From Antedon mediterranea (lineage: Eukaryota; Animalia; Echinodermata): 64,000 nucleotides of DNA. Both the position numbers and the translations under genes were made by a program. The DNA lies in contig NC_092676.1 of the NCBI RefSeq assembly GCF_964355755.1, forward strand, positions 873,788 to 937,787. The letters run 5' to 3'. The notes below the pieces were generated by a model. It saw only the letters and a program-made list of their open reading frames with translations, did not search any database and was not told the origin of the DNA. Positions 49,816 to 61,030 of the stretch are shown in pieces. Position 1 is the stretch's first letter, and every line of letters begins with the position of its first letter.

Positions 49816-52800
49816 ATGACAAGCCCTTACAACAACTTAAAAAAGAACAAGAAAATGCCACTGCCAGGGTAAGAAGACAAATAAAAATACAGAAATAAAA
49901 AATTAAAATTTTTAAAACCATAAAATTAAAATTTAATTAGTAAAAGAGACACTTTTGTATTTACAGACAGCGCGCTGCACCTTACAGATCTGTTCCAGTT
50001 ACTGGAGACACAATTCTTGATGAGATGTTACAGAGGCTAGAGTTGCAAGAAAAGAGTGGAGTATACATTGAAGATGCTTCAGGTTCTAATAAGAAAACAC
50101 AAACAGGAAGAAAGAACTCAGCACCTGGTAACAATATACATGTCAAGTTTTGGGTTTGCTGCTGGCTTGAGATTCTCCAATTATGACCGCGCCATGTGAG
50201 AGCTTGAGGTCGGGTCAAATCATGAGACTTGACGTGTATGTGACGCATCGTTCCCACAGTTAAATTAATAATTATCATTTGAGATTTTTCCGCTTTATAT
50301 GACCACAGTAGTACCATATTAATAAGTTGTCTCCTTTGGGGTCCAACAAAGTGTGTTCTCTAAATAGGGGTGTCCCAACTTTTCTACTCTGTGCCTTTTT
50401 AGTTTAACATAATTTCAACAAATTTAAATAAATAGTTTTACTTTTACATTAAACTCAAGACAACTGAATCATTTTAAATAGTGATAGTGAAAAGTGAAAG
50501 TGCTATGATTAATAGATTTGTTTTTCTTTACTCATAAAATGTTTTGTACTCTCGTTTAGCGTGTCAAACAGTTTCAGTTTCATTGACACAATACAAATAC
50601 AATTGAGAACATTCAATGGGCAAAAATAAGCATAAAAAACCCAACAAATTAAGCAAAAGTAAGACATCAAATCAAATACTAAAAGGTTAATTTTTGTTAT
50701 TGCTTTTTTATTTAGTGGTTCCAACTGATATGGACCTGATGAGTGGTATGATGAGTAAAATATCCCAGTTGGAGTTACAAGTGAAATATTACACTAAAGA
50801 AATTATTGACAAGGTAAATGTGTTTTAAACTAAATTCATTCTCCTTCCATAATTTTAAAGTCTGTAAAATCTGAATTCCGCTCCTGTAAAATCTGAATTC
50901 CACTCCTGTAAAATCTGAATTCCACTCCTGTAAAATCTGTTCCACTCCTGTACAGAACCAGTAGTGATAAATTGGTTGTAGGTAATCATTTTTATACGTA
51001 GCCTAAATAAAGAAAATAATATTTTAACATTATCTATTTTTATTCTATTGATAAATTATTCTGTATTTTAATGTTTACAGGATAAGAAAATAAATGTTTT
51101 AGAAGAAAAGGTTAATCTTTTACAAAGATATAAAGGTACAGGTAGGTACAGGTAAAGGTACAGGTAAAAGTACAGGTAAAGGTACAGGTAGGTACAGGTA
51201 GGTACAGGTAAAGGTACAGGTAGGTACAGGTAAAGGTACAGGTAGGTAGGTAGGTACAGGTAGGTAGGTAGGTACAGGTAGGTAGGTAGGTACAGGTAGG
51301 TAGGTAGGTACAGGTAGGTACAGGTAGGTAGGTAGGTACAGGTAGGTAGGTACAGGTAGGTAGGTAGGTACAGGTAGGTAGGTAGGTACAGGTAGGTAGG
51401 TAGGTACAGGTAGGTAGGTAGGTACAGGTAGGTACAGGTAGGTAGGTAGGTACAGGTAGGTAGGTAGGTACAGGTAGGTAGGTAGGTACAGGTAGGTAGG
51501 TAGGTACAGGTAGGTAGGTAGGTAGGTAGGTAGGTACAGGTAGGTACAGGTAGGTAGGTAGGTACAGGTAGGTACAGGTAGGTAGGTAGGTATTATTTTG
51601 ATTGAATGAAGAGAATACAATTATAAATGTCAAACACCCTGCCAATTGAATCCTGTGTGTTTGCAAGCCTTTTGATATAACAAAATATATATTTTTTCTC
51701 TTTGTTACTTTTGTGCTTTTTTTTTATCGATTTTAAAAAAGATTGAGATTTGATTGATGGAGGTATATAGACAAATATGCTCATTTAACCATGATGGTGT
51801 AACCAACACATAATTATTCTCTGTTAAGGTTAAAATAATTATCATAATGTTTATTGTTAGTGGCGATGATTCGCTGTTGGTCTGGAACGTAATAAAGAAT
51901 AAAAAAGAATAAAAAAATATAATTATTATTTTCTTACAGGATGTAATGAAGAAAGTGGTACAAGAAGTCACAAAGTTGAAGAATTGGAAAGAAAATGTCA
52001 AAAACTAGAAATAGAACTCCAAGATATTCAAGTTAGTACTCAGCTGATGGTGCTGATATTTCTCGTTCGATTAAAATTTCAATAATGTGTTTAATTTGTC
52101 TGTTTCAGTTTCAACTATAATAATAATATTTGTTCTGTGGTAGAGTTTTTTTAATTAGATTTTCAAACCTTAAAATATAGAATGATAATTATCACTTTTA
52201 ATCACCATATTAATATATTATAGGAATTCTTGGAAGATTATGGTATGGTTTGGGTTGGAGATGATGATGATGTTTATGAAGAGTTAAATGAAACAGAGAA
52301 ACCAACAGTGGGGAATCCAGGTATTAAGTAGTTACTGAAATTGCGCCCTCCATGCTTGGTTGATATTTTTACATTTACAGTACAGCACAATCTATGGTTT
52401 TGCCATAGTTTTATAAAGACAAACTCTCAATATTTAATTTTACCAAGTTGGGAGCTCTTCTGCTTAGAGATTGCACATGCAAACTAGAAGTACTTGCAGT
52501 TTTGTGATTAATATATGATTTATAAAATGATCAAGTTACAATGTTTGAGTATAAAATTATCGTTGTAATTGTTTTCAACAGCAGCTTCACTGGCTTCAGA
52601 CCAAAATCAAAAAGTTGATTTTGACAGGGTGATTGAAAACATTAAAGAGTTAAACGTCATTGCTGGTGAAGGGTTAAAAGAAATAAAACATACGTCTGGA
52701 GGTGCAAGATTACACACTAAAGAGCAGGTACCACTGACCCTGTACGCTAATGGTATCTTCATGTTCAATGGACCTTTCAGGTGCTATGATGAACCTAGTA

Positions 52801-55800
52801 CTAAGGTAACACTCAGATATAGTCCACTTGATAAAATAAACAATTTCAATTGGTTAATCTACCGTGAATGTTAAGTAATAGTTATTCACCTCATTCAAAC
52901 AAAAACATTTTAAAAAAATATTTACCAAATAAAAACCAGAATTTAAAGATAAAAATTATCATGGAAGCCCATGTTGCCTGGAAGACAACAGATTTCCAAA
53001 AAAAGTGACCATCTTTAAAAGTTAAAATCATTATTGTTTTGTGTTTTTGGCAAAATTGAATAACTTTATTAAAACTACAAAATGTCCTATTCAAAGTTTT
53101 TTTTTTATTCATCTTAAGTTTATTTTTCATGATTTTGGGGACAAATTGTAGTGAAAGCTAATGAACTACAAACTAGAAGCAATGAATTACACCATGTTTA
53201 GGATTTGTCATTAGAAACAAATATGTTCATATAATCAACCTAGATTGTTACAATTGCTATTGAAATACATAAGCAATTTGTAAATTATTTTACAAACTGC
53301 TTTATGCACTGTCTATATAGTGCAGTACTGTTGTAAAAAGTGTACTATTATGTCTTGTATTATTTTAATTAACTTCAAATTCTTGAATAGTGATAGTAAA
53401 TTATACAGACCACCACTGTGAAATTTAATTTTACCATTTGATAATTGAAGTTGATACATAATGCTGCATTACATTACAAATAACATGCTGTACTTGATTG
53501 AACATGTAATATATTATTGAAAACGTCCATAAAAATTATGATTAAAAATAAAGTACATATTCAAGGATATTGCTTCAATGTTGTATTAACTAATTTGTCT
53601 AATAAATTGTCAACACTCTTTATGGGTTCATTGAACTTTAAGCAGGATTTTATGTCATTGTATTCCAAGAAATAAACATAAAATGACATCATTTATTTTC
53701 CTCATTATTTCAGGCTTGTATTCAAGATTTTACTGATGGGTATTTCCCGTCGGAATTAAAGAAACGTTATCCAGATGGAACTCCATTTTTGGTAAATCAA
53801 TCTTCTATCATTATTATTATTCATTATTACATTATTATTATTTTATTTTTATTGTAGTATTACCTACCTATATTATTGTAGTATTACCTATCTACTATAT
53901 TATTGTGGTATTTACCTACCTATATTATTGTGCTATTTATTTATCTACATCTCCTCTTTGGGTTCTTTGGCCCATAGGGCTGCAAAGTGTTGTCTACCAG
54001 TGAACCAAGTCGATCTTTGGCAAAAAAACTTGGCTTCGTTCCGAGATTCCCATCCAAATGCTATTCTCTCCTATTCCACTTTCACCAGGTTGTTCTTAGA
54101 TTTGGGTATTTATTTTTTCAAAAAAATACACAGGGTGTACCTTACCTTGTGTGTTATTATATTACGGTATTTATAATTGTTTGCTCATAAAATAATGGAA
54201 ATACTGAGTTTTAAATGAAAAACAGATCAATTAAAACTTTTATTTCCTATATGTTTTTCTATAAATTAAATTCTATGAACAATTGAAGGAAATTAAAAAG
54301 AAGGTAACATTTTCCAAACTTTTGATTTTTTCAAAATTCTTTCATCAGGTAAAAGATAAAAGAGAGGTATTTTACCAAGACCCTCGAAGAAAGGAGAATT
54401 TTCCTGGATCAGGACAGACGCTGGGAGGGGATAAAGTACCAAGTAAATTGGTGCCAACTAATCTTAATAGAGGAACATCAATGACACACCACCAGAATGT
54501 GGTTTCACTTACAGATGACTTTACAGGTAAATCGTTTTTAATTTATTTTTTAATATATTTTTATTTATTAGTTTATATTTAATATTTTATTTCTGTGTAA
54601 AATTAAAGGATTTTGTGGTTTACAAAACTTAAGTTAAATTTTTGGTAGTTTATTATTATACAAATAATGAATGTTTATGAGTGAAATGGTACAAATAATT
54701 TCATGAATTTTGTGAAAATAGACAATGTCATCTTTCTTGCACTTTAACTGAAATTATTATAATTATTTATTTTATTATTATTATTATATAATATGAAAGA
54801 AGGGTACAGTAAATTCTCATAATACTCTCTTCTAAAAATATCCCAAAAAGTCACACATTTCTTTTTTACATAAGAGACACATTTTGGAATATGAGACTTT
54901 CCAGAAAACCAGGCTGAGGTTATCTCAGGGGTGTCTGGTATTGGAAAAGTTGACTACTATTTCAAGCAATTCATCTTTTTTTTTTTGAAATTTAAGATCA
55001 ATGAAATGTAGGGAAATTGTATATTGGATTTGCAAAGCACTTTCTTTTTACTGTTGCCCTTTATTTATATATAATAAATCTAAACAAGGACTTTAATAGG
55101 GTGGTTCCCTGGTCAGTTGAATAATCAATTTTATTGATCAATGGTGGTTGACTGAAGGTCAAAATTATTGATTAACTTTTGAATTTCCGTACCATACCTA
55201 TTCCCTACAAGTTTACAAACAGTATCCATGACAACTGCATAACGTTTCCATGACAACACAGCAGCTAATTTACCATTGAATAGTTTCTTTACATTTGTGA
55301 ACTTTGAAATGAAGATGATAACAAACGAAATAGCAGGGATTGTATTGATTTCCAATTGCTCTTTGGAAATAAGGCCATTTCTATAGCTCCTAATTACCTT
55401 GCAAAAATCTCCACATCTGCATGTATGACTATATAGCCACAGATGCTTTGTTATATCTCTATTTTGTAGTTGAATTTTTAAATGCCCTTGGAGTGATGGA
55501 TCATTATTAATTTCTCTTTAGCACTAGAGAAAAGACTCCCTGTTATGCAGTTCACTTCATTTAATCTAAGCTTTAACTTTATGGCCGTGTCTTCAATTAA
55601 TTTCACCTTTTTTTTTTTAGGAAATCGAATACTTATTATTATAAATATGAATTCTAATAATTTGCTATGTGGTAACTAATGGAAGATAATTTTAATGGGT
55701 TTATGCCATATTATGTATTTGTTAATGGCAAAACTTACTAATTTTGTATGAAATTAATTTATTTATGAATATTTGAATTATTTGTTTTAGGACTAAAGTT

Positions 55801-58800
55801 ATCTAAGGATCAATTTTTAAACAAGCTTCCTCAAAGTGTTGTTAGAAATGGCAAGGTAATAGATGTGCGTTCTTCAATAGGCAACCAATTATCTTCTACA
55901 AATTCAAAGGCTCACATTACAGTCATTGATACGCCTATAGTTAAATCCATCAAGGAGCGTGTTAACAGACACCCGTCAGCGAACGCAAAGACCACACGCT
56001 CATCGACTCGTCCATTGTCGGCACGCAACGTTGCTACATTGCGAGTGAAATCTGAAGCCGGTAACGAAACTTATGTGCTCAAGTTAGGATATGGTGATAC
56101 AATAGGAGATGTGAGGAAGTACATTGATGAACATAGGTAATTACATATTGATTAAACTTAGTCTGCTTTCAGTAGTGCTTTGTTGCTGATATGCGTACCT
56201 AGTCTAATTGACTTGTGTACTCATTGTCTAATCTAATACATGGTCCTTCAGTCTCATTTCTCAAGTTATCATTGCCATGTTATGCATACTTCATTGGCCA
56301 TAATAGTCACTGACTTATTTGATATTCGTTACTGTTGCTCAACTAGCAACCATTTTCACCTTTTCTCTCAACTATGCAGTTCATATGCAGTTATTATTTC
56401 CCTGTAATGCATTTTCCATTAACCTTTATAGTCAATGATTTCTTTGATATTCTTTATTTTCACCTCTCTTAACTATGCAGTTAGTATTGTCTTCAAGAGG
56501 GGATCTAGCATGGTTGCTTGTTGGACATGTGGTTCCCCTCTTATACTAACAGCTAAAATGAAATTATTAACTACTTTTTAATATAAATTGTTGAAACTGA
56601 CAAGCTATTAATATTATTATGTTATATGCGAGCTTGCTTCCATTGCATCTTTTTTCTTAATTGTCAAATATTATTTTGCATATTAATAACTGTCATGCAT
56701 TAAACAATAACAAACACACAAACATAAAATTATATGAAGAAGCAGTATAATAAATTCTATTAACAATATGCAATCATCAGTATACTTTCTAATTATAGCT
56801 ACTATAAACCATATTGATTAAAACTTCATTACTAATTCAGTGTTTTATGGCTAAAAGTAGTAACCTTCTCTCAATGATGTATTGATTAAAAAGATGAATT
56901 GCTAATACCATTATTGAACTTTTACTTATTATTTATTTTTATACTACACCCTTAACAGCTCCCTACATTAAGCAATGTGTTGTATTAGTGTGTGTCAATA
57001 TACAGTGTTGTGTGGGTCAGTGTCAATGTACAGTGTTGTGTGGGTCAGTGTCAATGTACAGTGTTGTATGAGTCAGTGTCAATCTACAGGGTTGTATGAG
57101 TCAGTGTCAATCTACAGTGTTGTATGAGTCAGTGTCAATCTACAGGGTTGTATGAGTCAGTGTCAATCTACAGTGTTGTATGAGCAGTGTCAATCTACAG
57201 TGTTGTATGAGCAGTGTCAATCTACAGTGTTGTATAAGCAGTGTCAATCTACAGTGTTGTATGAGCAGTGTCAATCTACAGTGTTGTATTAGTGTGTGTA
57301 AATCTACAGTGTTGTATACGTCAGTGTCAATCTACAGTGTTGTACGGTGTGTGTCAATCTACAAATGTTGTGTGGGTCAGTGTCAATATACAGTTTTGTA
57401 TGAGACAGTGTTGTATGAGACAGTGTCAATATACAGTGTTGTATGAGTGAGCGTCAATCTACAGTGTTGTGCGAGTGTCAAGAACAGTGTTGATATAAAG
57501 TTTGCGGTACACCACGTATATTAGTTCCGAAAAGAACTGTTGAGTTTCTCAACGTTTCGATCAATATGCTTTGATCAGTTTCAGTTTCAGTTTATTTTCC
57601 ATTTCAATTTATGAACATAAGATAAACAACTTATATGGATGGATAACCGTAAGAGCGAAGCTCGTTAGCCGGTCACCCGTTAGTGCAGTGACATTACAGA
57701 CAACATAAAGACAAGACAAAGGTGCAATACATAACAAGACATGTGAACACTTGTGTTTGCAACCCCTTGGATAAAAAATATATTTATATAAAGGAGAAAA
57801 TTAGATATTAATTATTATATTTCTTTTTGATCATAAAATGATAATTTTTAACTTACTTCTGAAGAAGGTTAACATGAAGATTACATATAGTTATTTTTAT
57901 TTTTACTAGTACATGGTAATAAAATCTGAATATCATCTTTTAGATAAAAAATGTAATAGATTTACATACACACACATATATATGTATATATATATAAATC
58001 AAAGAGCTGCATAGGCAGGATATAGAAAAAAATCAAGATCAAATAAGTTAAAACTGCCTCAATATAGATTTATTTTAACGACATGTTTCGGGCATAGCCC
58101 ATCATCAGGTGAAAAGAATTGTAACAAAGGATAACATATATATTGTTTAAGTAAACTTAAATAATGTTACTTAAATATAACATAATATTACTGATATGTT
58201 GATAATAAACTGTGAATAAATTTCTTCTTAAATAAACTTAAGGTACATTGGTTCTTAATAAAATTGCTTATATCATTCCACAATATAGGTCCTTGCCGTT
58301 TAATGGTATTCATTCCCAGGTCTGTTCTGAAATTATGCGGACGCAAATCATTTAATGTTCTTGTATTATGAAAATGTGTTTCTTTTACCCTAGCCCAAAA
58401 AGTATTGAAATTACTTGGTAGATTATTATTAACAAAATTAAACATAAAAATTGCTTTTTGTAATTTATAATTATCATAGATTGTTAAAGTTTTTAATTTT
58501 AAAAATAAGGGTGCAGTATGGGCCAGCCAGGATGAGTTTGTACAGAGTCTAATTATTTTCTTTTGTTTTAAATGAATAGTTTTCAAATTGCAGTTGTTTG
58601 CATCTGCCCAAATAAGATTACAATAATATAAGTATGGGAGAACTAGAATGTGCGATATAAAGAAAATAAAATATTCGGTGCGAGAGTCTAAATAAAGTGC
58701 CAGTATATTTAGAAATAATATTGGATATATATTCTGTGTGATTAAACCATGTTAGTGTTTCATCTATAATTACGCCTAAAAATTTAGTATTAGAGACCTG

Positions 58801-59358
58801 TGAAATAGTAGTATTGTCAATCATAATTTGAATATAGTGATATTGTCATCTACTATGCTTATTTTTAAATATAATGTAATTTGTTTTAAGTATATTAAGT
58901 GATAATTTATTAGATTTAAGCCAGGAGGAAACTTTATTTAGTTCTTGATTTACTGTCGTAATGAGTTGTTTAATTTATCAGAAACTACTATATTGGTGTC
59001 ATCTGCGTATAAATAAAATGAGAAATTATCGGAAATAGAAACAATATCGTTTAAATAAATTATAAATAATAATGGGCCCAAAATGGACCCTTGTGGATCG
59101 TCCTCAGGAGTGAGGTGTACCGCAAACTTTATATCAACATTTGATTTCTCCTTGCAAACCTTCAAACAACATAAGAACAGTGTTGTATAGCGTATTAATT
59201 AAATGCGTTGTTTCATTTTTTACAGGTCTATGGGCAACATAGAATATGAGATCCTCACTACATTTCCAAGAAGAACATACTCAGATCCACTAGCTACTCT
59301 TGAACAATGTGGCCTGACACCAAATGCTACAGTTATACTAAGAACAAAGAAACTATGA
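49816..59358 (+). CDS. UBXN11: UBX domain-containing protein 11 (coiled coil + SEP + UBX), 11 coding exons, ~506 aa
   Basis: Exons 49816-49868, 49967-50127, 50716-50813, 51081-51141 (or 51135), 51940-52031, 52224-52320, 52582-52805, 53714-53791, 54349-54526, 55791-56136, 59226-59358; motifs FLEDYGMVWVG, VDFDRVI, GGARL, PLTLYANGIFMFNGPF, DGYFPSELKKRYPDG, FLNKLP, LRVKSE, DTIGDVR, TTFPRR, GLTPNA. Confidence 0.95.
50862..50952. repeat. 22-bp tandem repeat x4 (CTGTAAAATCTGAATTCCACTC)
   Basis: Direct tandem copies in UBXN11 intron 3. Confidence 0.9.
51134..51592. repeat. Compound microsatellite (AGGT)n / AGGTAC
   Basis: ~460 bp of GTAG/GTACAG/GTAAAG units starting at the end of UBXN11 exon 4. Confidence 0.95.
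53945..54100 (-). mobile_element. Degraded RTE-like LINE 3' end
   Basis: Minus-strand frameshifted reading RTTW..VE.ERIAFGWESRNEAK..AKDR...AALWAKEPKEE, resembling RTE ORF C-termini; followed by a TAGG-like simple-repeat tail. Confidence 0.55.
56976..57492. repeat. 27-28 bp minisatellite (CAGTGTCAATCTACAGTGTTGTATGAGT), ~18 copies
   Basis: Direct tandem array in the last UBXN11 intron. Confidence 0.95.
57577..59096 (-). mobile_element. 5'-truncated CR1/L2-like LINE
   Basis: PQGSILGPLLFIIYLNDI, LYADDTNI, KFLGVIIDETLTWFNH, HTAPLFLKLKTL, HFHNTR, GPILWN; 3' AATAAA plus (CTGAAA)n tail; flanked by GATC at 57573-76 and 59096-99. Confidence 0.9.
58073..58115 (-). ncRNA. Minimal type I hammerhead ribozyme motif
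   Basis: Minus strand UUUUCAC-CUGAUGA-U-GGGC-UAU-GCCC-GAAA-CAUG-UC-GUUAAAA: full catalytic core, 4-bp stem II, palindromic CAUG loop III, stem I with one mismatch. Confidence 0.8.
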
Positions 59359-60163
59359 AACTAAGCATTATCAAAACAAACTCTGTTCAAGTATCATCTA
59401 CTCGATTCTCACTGCTGTATCTCCACATATTACCCCAGTATCATAGGAAAATTCCTTGTGTTGCTGTATTATAGGTTATGTTTTAGGTTATAGTCTATTA
59501 TGCTAGGCGATACAATGTGGGAAACATGTGATGCTGTGTTATGGAATTTTCCTTTGACACTGAGAAATCTCTAGATACAGTACCAAGAATGAGTTGATTG
59601 ATCCCTGCAAATCGAAAGATCCCTATACTATTATACACTTAACTAAGGGAAACAAAACAAAGACTTTTATTATGTAAAGTATCAAATACATTAAGTTGTG
59701 GAAAATACAGTCCATACTTGTACTGTACTCACTAACAGCAAATAGGCAGTTAATAATGTCCTAGTTAAACTAAATTAAAATCTGCTCAAAGTGCATTCAC
59801 TGTCTTTATAAATACCGTCCAAGCTTACTATTTTATAGGAAAAAAACTGACATTACAAAACTTGTAAGATGATTTATATACACCTGTATTAATATATGAA
59901 CTCTCTATAGAATTAGATAATGCGGTCACATTTCAGGAAATATATGTTATTTTAACCATACTCTTATGTTTGTGGACATTTTATATGTAACTCATGTACT
60001 GTGAATATCAATAAAATATGTCAGGATTTCCTCAACAAGAGGTTTACTATTGAAAGAACTAATTAAATTTAACGTGGACTTCCTACAATTATCTGTATAG
60101 ATAGTCAATTATTATAGTTTCATAAAATGTTTCACTGCAGGGACCAGTGCCTTCTTTAAAACC

Positions 60164-60274
60164 GTGCACAGTTAAAGGCCCATTTACACTAGGACGATAA
60201 GTGCACAGTTAAAGGCCCATTTACACTAGGACGATAAGTGCACAGTTAAAGGCCCATTTACACTAGGACGATAA
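60164..60274. repeat. Perfect 37-bp x3 tandem repeat containing a Harbinger-like terminus
   Basis: GTGCACAGTTAAAGGCCCATTTACACTAGGACGATAA three times. Confidence 0.9.
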
Positions 60275-60467
60275 CGATCGACGATAAATAGATAAATATT
60301 ATATAATATAATTAGTATATATCAGTATCTTTTATTTCCATAAAACGTCAAAAATAGAATACAATTTTAAAATATAAGTGACACGGCATTGTGGCAACCA
60401 ACAAGTTGAATTGTGAGATTCATTTACAAATGTTGAAAAATATAAACATAAAAATCGTAGTAGAATT

Positions 60468-60707
60468 TTAGGCTTATAGTATCCAAAACTTCATCTTTAT
60501 TAATGTTTGTTAAAAGCAATATAATTGTTCACTGCACGACTCCCGTTAGTGCCTTTCTCAAAACCACCTTAACAGTTGGTTTTAACCAACATTGCCATGT
60601 CTAGAGTGTTAGGCTTATAATATCCAAAGATTCATCTATATTAATGTTCTTTAAAAGCAATATAATTGCTCACTGCATGAATCCCATATGTGCTTTTCTC
60701 AAAATCA
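60468..60707. repeat. Local ~100-bp diverged duplication (141-bp period)
   Basis: TTAGGCTTATA.TATCCAAA...TTAAAAGCAATATAATTG.TCACTGCA...TTTCTCAAAA at ~60468 and ~60609. Confidence 0.75.
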
Positions 60708-60895
60708 TCAAAATTAAATTATAACGAATTTTAACCTTCATTTTCTGCTCAAAGTACATTAACTGTTGTGTAATTGACTCGTTAGCGATGTAACTCTCTC
60801 ATCACGATTTTAATCTATTCTGTCATATTGATTGTTTAATGAAATGGTTATCTACAAATTAATAGTATTGCAAGTAATAGAGAAACTGCTCATAC

Positions 60896-61030
60896 AGGTT
60901 GATCCCCATATGTGGACGCAACGCGCAACGACCTAGGCTCAACGTAAGTCAGTTGACCAATCACAAGCGACGACAGCCTACAGTTCAGAGGATACATTGC
61001 ATCATGGTTGGTCAAATTACTTACGATGGC
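60896..61030. mobile_element. MITE family A, degenerate copy
   Basis: CCCCATATGTGGACGCAACG...TTGACCAATCACAAGCGA...TTGGTCAAATTACTT. Confidence 0.6.

Larger units (their letters stand above)
57480..59185 (-). mobile_element. Small Penelope/retrozyme-like element with a hammerhead motif, interrupted by a LINE
   Basis: 13-bp direct repeat AAGAACAGTGTTG at 57480-57492 and 59173-59185; perfect 26-bp inverted repeat 57488-57513/59114-59139; removing the LINE rebuilds CTC-CTGAGGA-C-GATCAA-AGCATA-TTGATC-GAAACGTT-GAG. Confidence 0.7.

Noticed and set aside
51112-51666. ORFs of PTYL/PVPT repeats
   Set aside because: Antisense reading of an intronic microsatellite.
54325-54350. Minus-strand CTGATGA...GAAA
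   Set aside because: No credible stem II or cleavage triplet; it is the polypyrimidine tract and acceptor of a UBXN11 exon.
56976-57492. CRISPR-like array (28-bp repeats)
   Set aside because: Units are directly adjacent with no unique spacers, the context is a eukaryotic intron, and no cas genes are present; the same applies to the 37-bp repeat at 60164.
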